A stretch of DNA of 20,000 nt, from the NCBI GenBank assembly GCA_043381765.1, contig JBHJMP010000595.1, positions 44,270 through 64,269 on the forward strand, given 5' to 3'. Shown piece after piece: positions 18,701 through 20,000 of the stretch (the stretch's first letter is position 1; every line of letters starts with the position of its first letter). The DNA is from Collodictyon triciliatum. Lineage: Eukaryota. Below the pieces are notes generated by a model that saw only the letters and a program-made list of their open reading frames with translations, had not been told where the DNA came from and did not search any database. The translations under genes and the position numbers were made by a program.

Positions 18701-19814
18701 TGAACCACCTAAAATGCTGCCTTGAAGCTTGTACGAGGATGGATATTGACCATTATTTTTTTATTTACTTTTTTACTTTGTTAAATCTAATCATGCAAAA
18801 ATACAACTAAGGTTTGCAACAATTCTTGCGTTCGACGTCAAGGTCGAAGAGGAAGCACGCAAACTTGCCGAGGAGCTTGGTGTTCGCATTTTCACCGCTG
18901 AAATTATTTATCATCTCTTTGACCAATTCACGGCATATATGAAGCAGGTAATGCGCTACTTTTCTCTTTTCCTATTAGATATTTTAATCAGGATTTTTAT
19001 TAGTGAAACAAAAGAAAATAGAACAGAACAAAATGGAACAAAACCAATTACCCCAGGTTCTTAATGCCTAGTTTCCCCTAGCTATCTAGAAAAGTATATT
19101 CATCACCCTTCGACAAATAGATTAAGGAAGAAAAACGTGCCAGCGTCCAAAACGATGCCGTTTTCCCGTGTGTTCTGCGAATCGTTCCGACATGTCTTTT
19201 CAATAAGAAGGACCCAATCGTGTTGGGTTGTGATGTGGTCGAAGGAACCCTGCGCATTGGAACCCCACTCTGCGTTCCGTCCCGAAAGGTATGCAACACC
19301 CAAAGTTTCAATCGCCCTCATACACCATTCTAAATCGCACTTACTCTCTAATTAGCCTAAAATAACAAACGCCGTAACAAAGAACTAAAAATTGCTGCAA
19401 CTAATTTTGCATGATAATCTTACGGGCTCTTTCTCACGCGACAGAATCTTGAAATTGGACGTGTCTTTTCCATGGAGGTGAACAAAAAGGGAGTCGATAT
19501 TGCAAAGAAAGGACAAAGCGTCGCTGTCAAGATTGTGGGCGACCCGAGCATCATGGTTGGTCGACACTTTGAGCCCACGGACGAAGTCGTCAGTTTGGTA
19601 TGCTTGTTATTATCCATCGCGCAGACCAGAGCCCAGTGCATTCCTTTCTTTAGCTGAGGGGTGATTCACTTACAAATAATTAACTCGAACTTCAAACGCT
19701 CTCAAGATTTCGCGCCGCACCATTGATGTCCTCAAGGAAAACTTCAAGGACGATATGACGAAGGAGGACATTCAGCTGATTGGGCGCTTGAAGAAGGTTT
19801 TTGGCATCGTCTAG
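12714..19814 (+). CDS. EIF5B: Eukaryotic translation initiation factor 5B, 24 exons, ~1149 aa
   Basis: Exons 12714-12772, 12934-13110, 13224-13361, 13451-13600, 13708-13860, 13995-14048, 14186-14359, 14476-14605, 14794-15010, 15348-15647, 15754-15822, 16074-16093, 16197-16217, 16484-16592, 16795-16880, 17118-17459, 17597-17779, 17858-18019, 18166-18394, 18540-18651, 18812-18947, 19121-19288, 19445-19597 and 19707-19814. Signature motifs: [106 protein letters not shown]. Confidence 0.96.
15056..15132. repeat. 11-bp minisatellite (GAAATGAAAAA)x7 in eIF5B intron 9
   Basis: Seven perfect copies read directly. Confidence 0.93.
15845..15977. repeat. (CAAAA)n pentanucleotide repeat with CAATT variants in eIF5B intron 11
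   Basis: Read directly. Confidence 0.93.
18020..18165 (+). other. GC-AG intron in eIF5B
   Basis: Donor AAG|GCAAGA, acceptor CCAG|GGC. It restores the conserved [22 protein letters not shown] (human [22 protein letters not shown]). Confidence 0.88.
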
Positions 19815-19898
19815 AAAGGTGAAGCGCGGAGAATAACAAACCAGCAAACAAATATAATAAAACAATAATGTGCCAAATATCCGACTCAGCTTCCATTT

Positions 19899-20000
19899 AT
19901 TCATTCATTCATTCATTCATTCATACATACATACATACATACATACATACATACATACATACATACATACATACATACATACATACATACATACATACAT
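19899..20000. repeat. Compound (CATT)n(CATA)n microsatellite downstream of eIF5B
   Basis: Read directly; continues to the window end. Confidence 0.95.

Noticed and set aside
12773-19706. Intronic snoRNAs in eIF5B
   Set aside because: No paired C (RUGAUGA) and D (CUGA) boxes with a terminal stem seen by eye; H/ACA RNAs cannot be excluded without an Infernal/Rfam search.

Overview
Eukaryotic genomic DNA, most likely from an intron-rich protist (species not identifiable from the sequence). Introns are AT-rich, the genetic code is standard, and I traced about 70 spliceosomal introns by hand. Five compact protein genes: (1) the 5' end of a TIP30/HTATIP2/Fmp52-like NAD(P)-binding protein (minus strand, runs off the left edge); (2) a 10-exon alkylglycerol monooxygenase (AGMO)-like di-iron membrane enzyme; (3) a tail-anchored cytochrome b5 starting 195 bp after the AGMO stop; (4) a ~36-exon minus-strand gene with an alpha-actinin-type tandem CH actin-binding domain and a long coiled coil; (5) a complete 24-exon eIF5B. 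Most notable: the AGMO-like protein has Arg where human AGMO has the tetrahydrobiopterin-interacting Glu137, and it sits beside a cytochrome b5 with an unusual Cys next to the axial His, suggesting a possible b5-driven lipid-oxidation mini-cluster. The coiled coil is built from phase-0 exons of 14, 18 or 21 codons, including seven consecutive homologous 63-nt exons. eIF5B has tandem-duplicated symmetric exons that are near-identical while their introns are unrelated. Most ORF-track entries are intron or microsatellite artefacts. No RNA genes, transposons or CRISPR arrays were seen.
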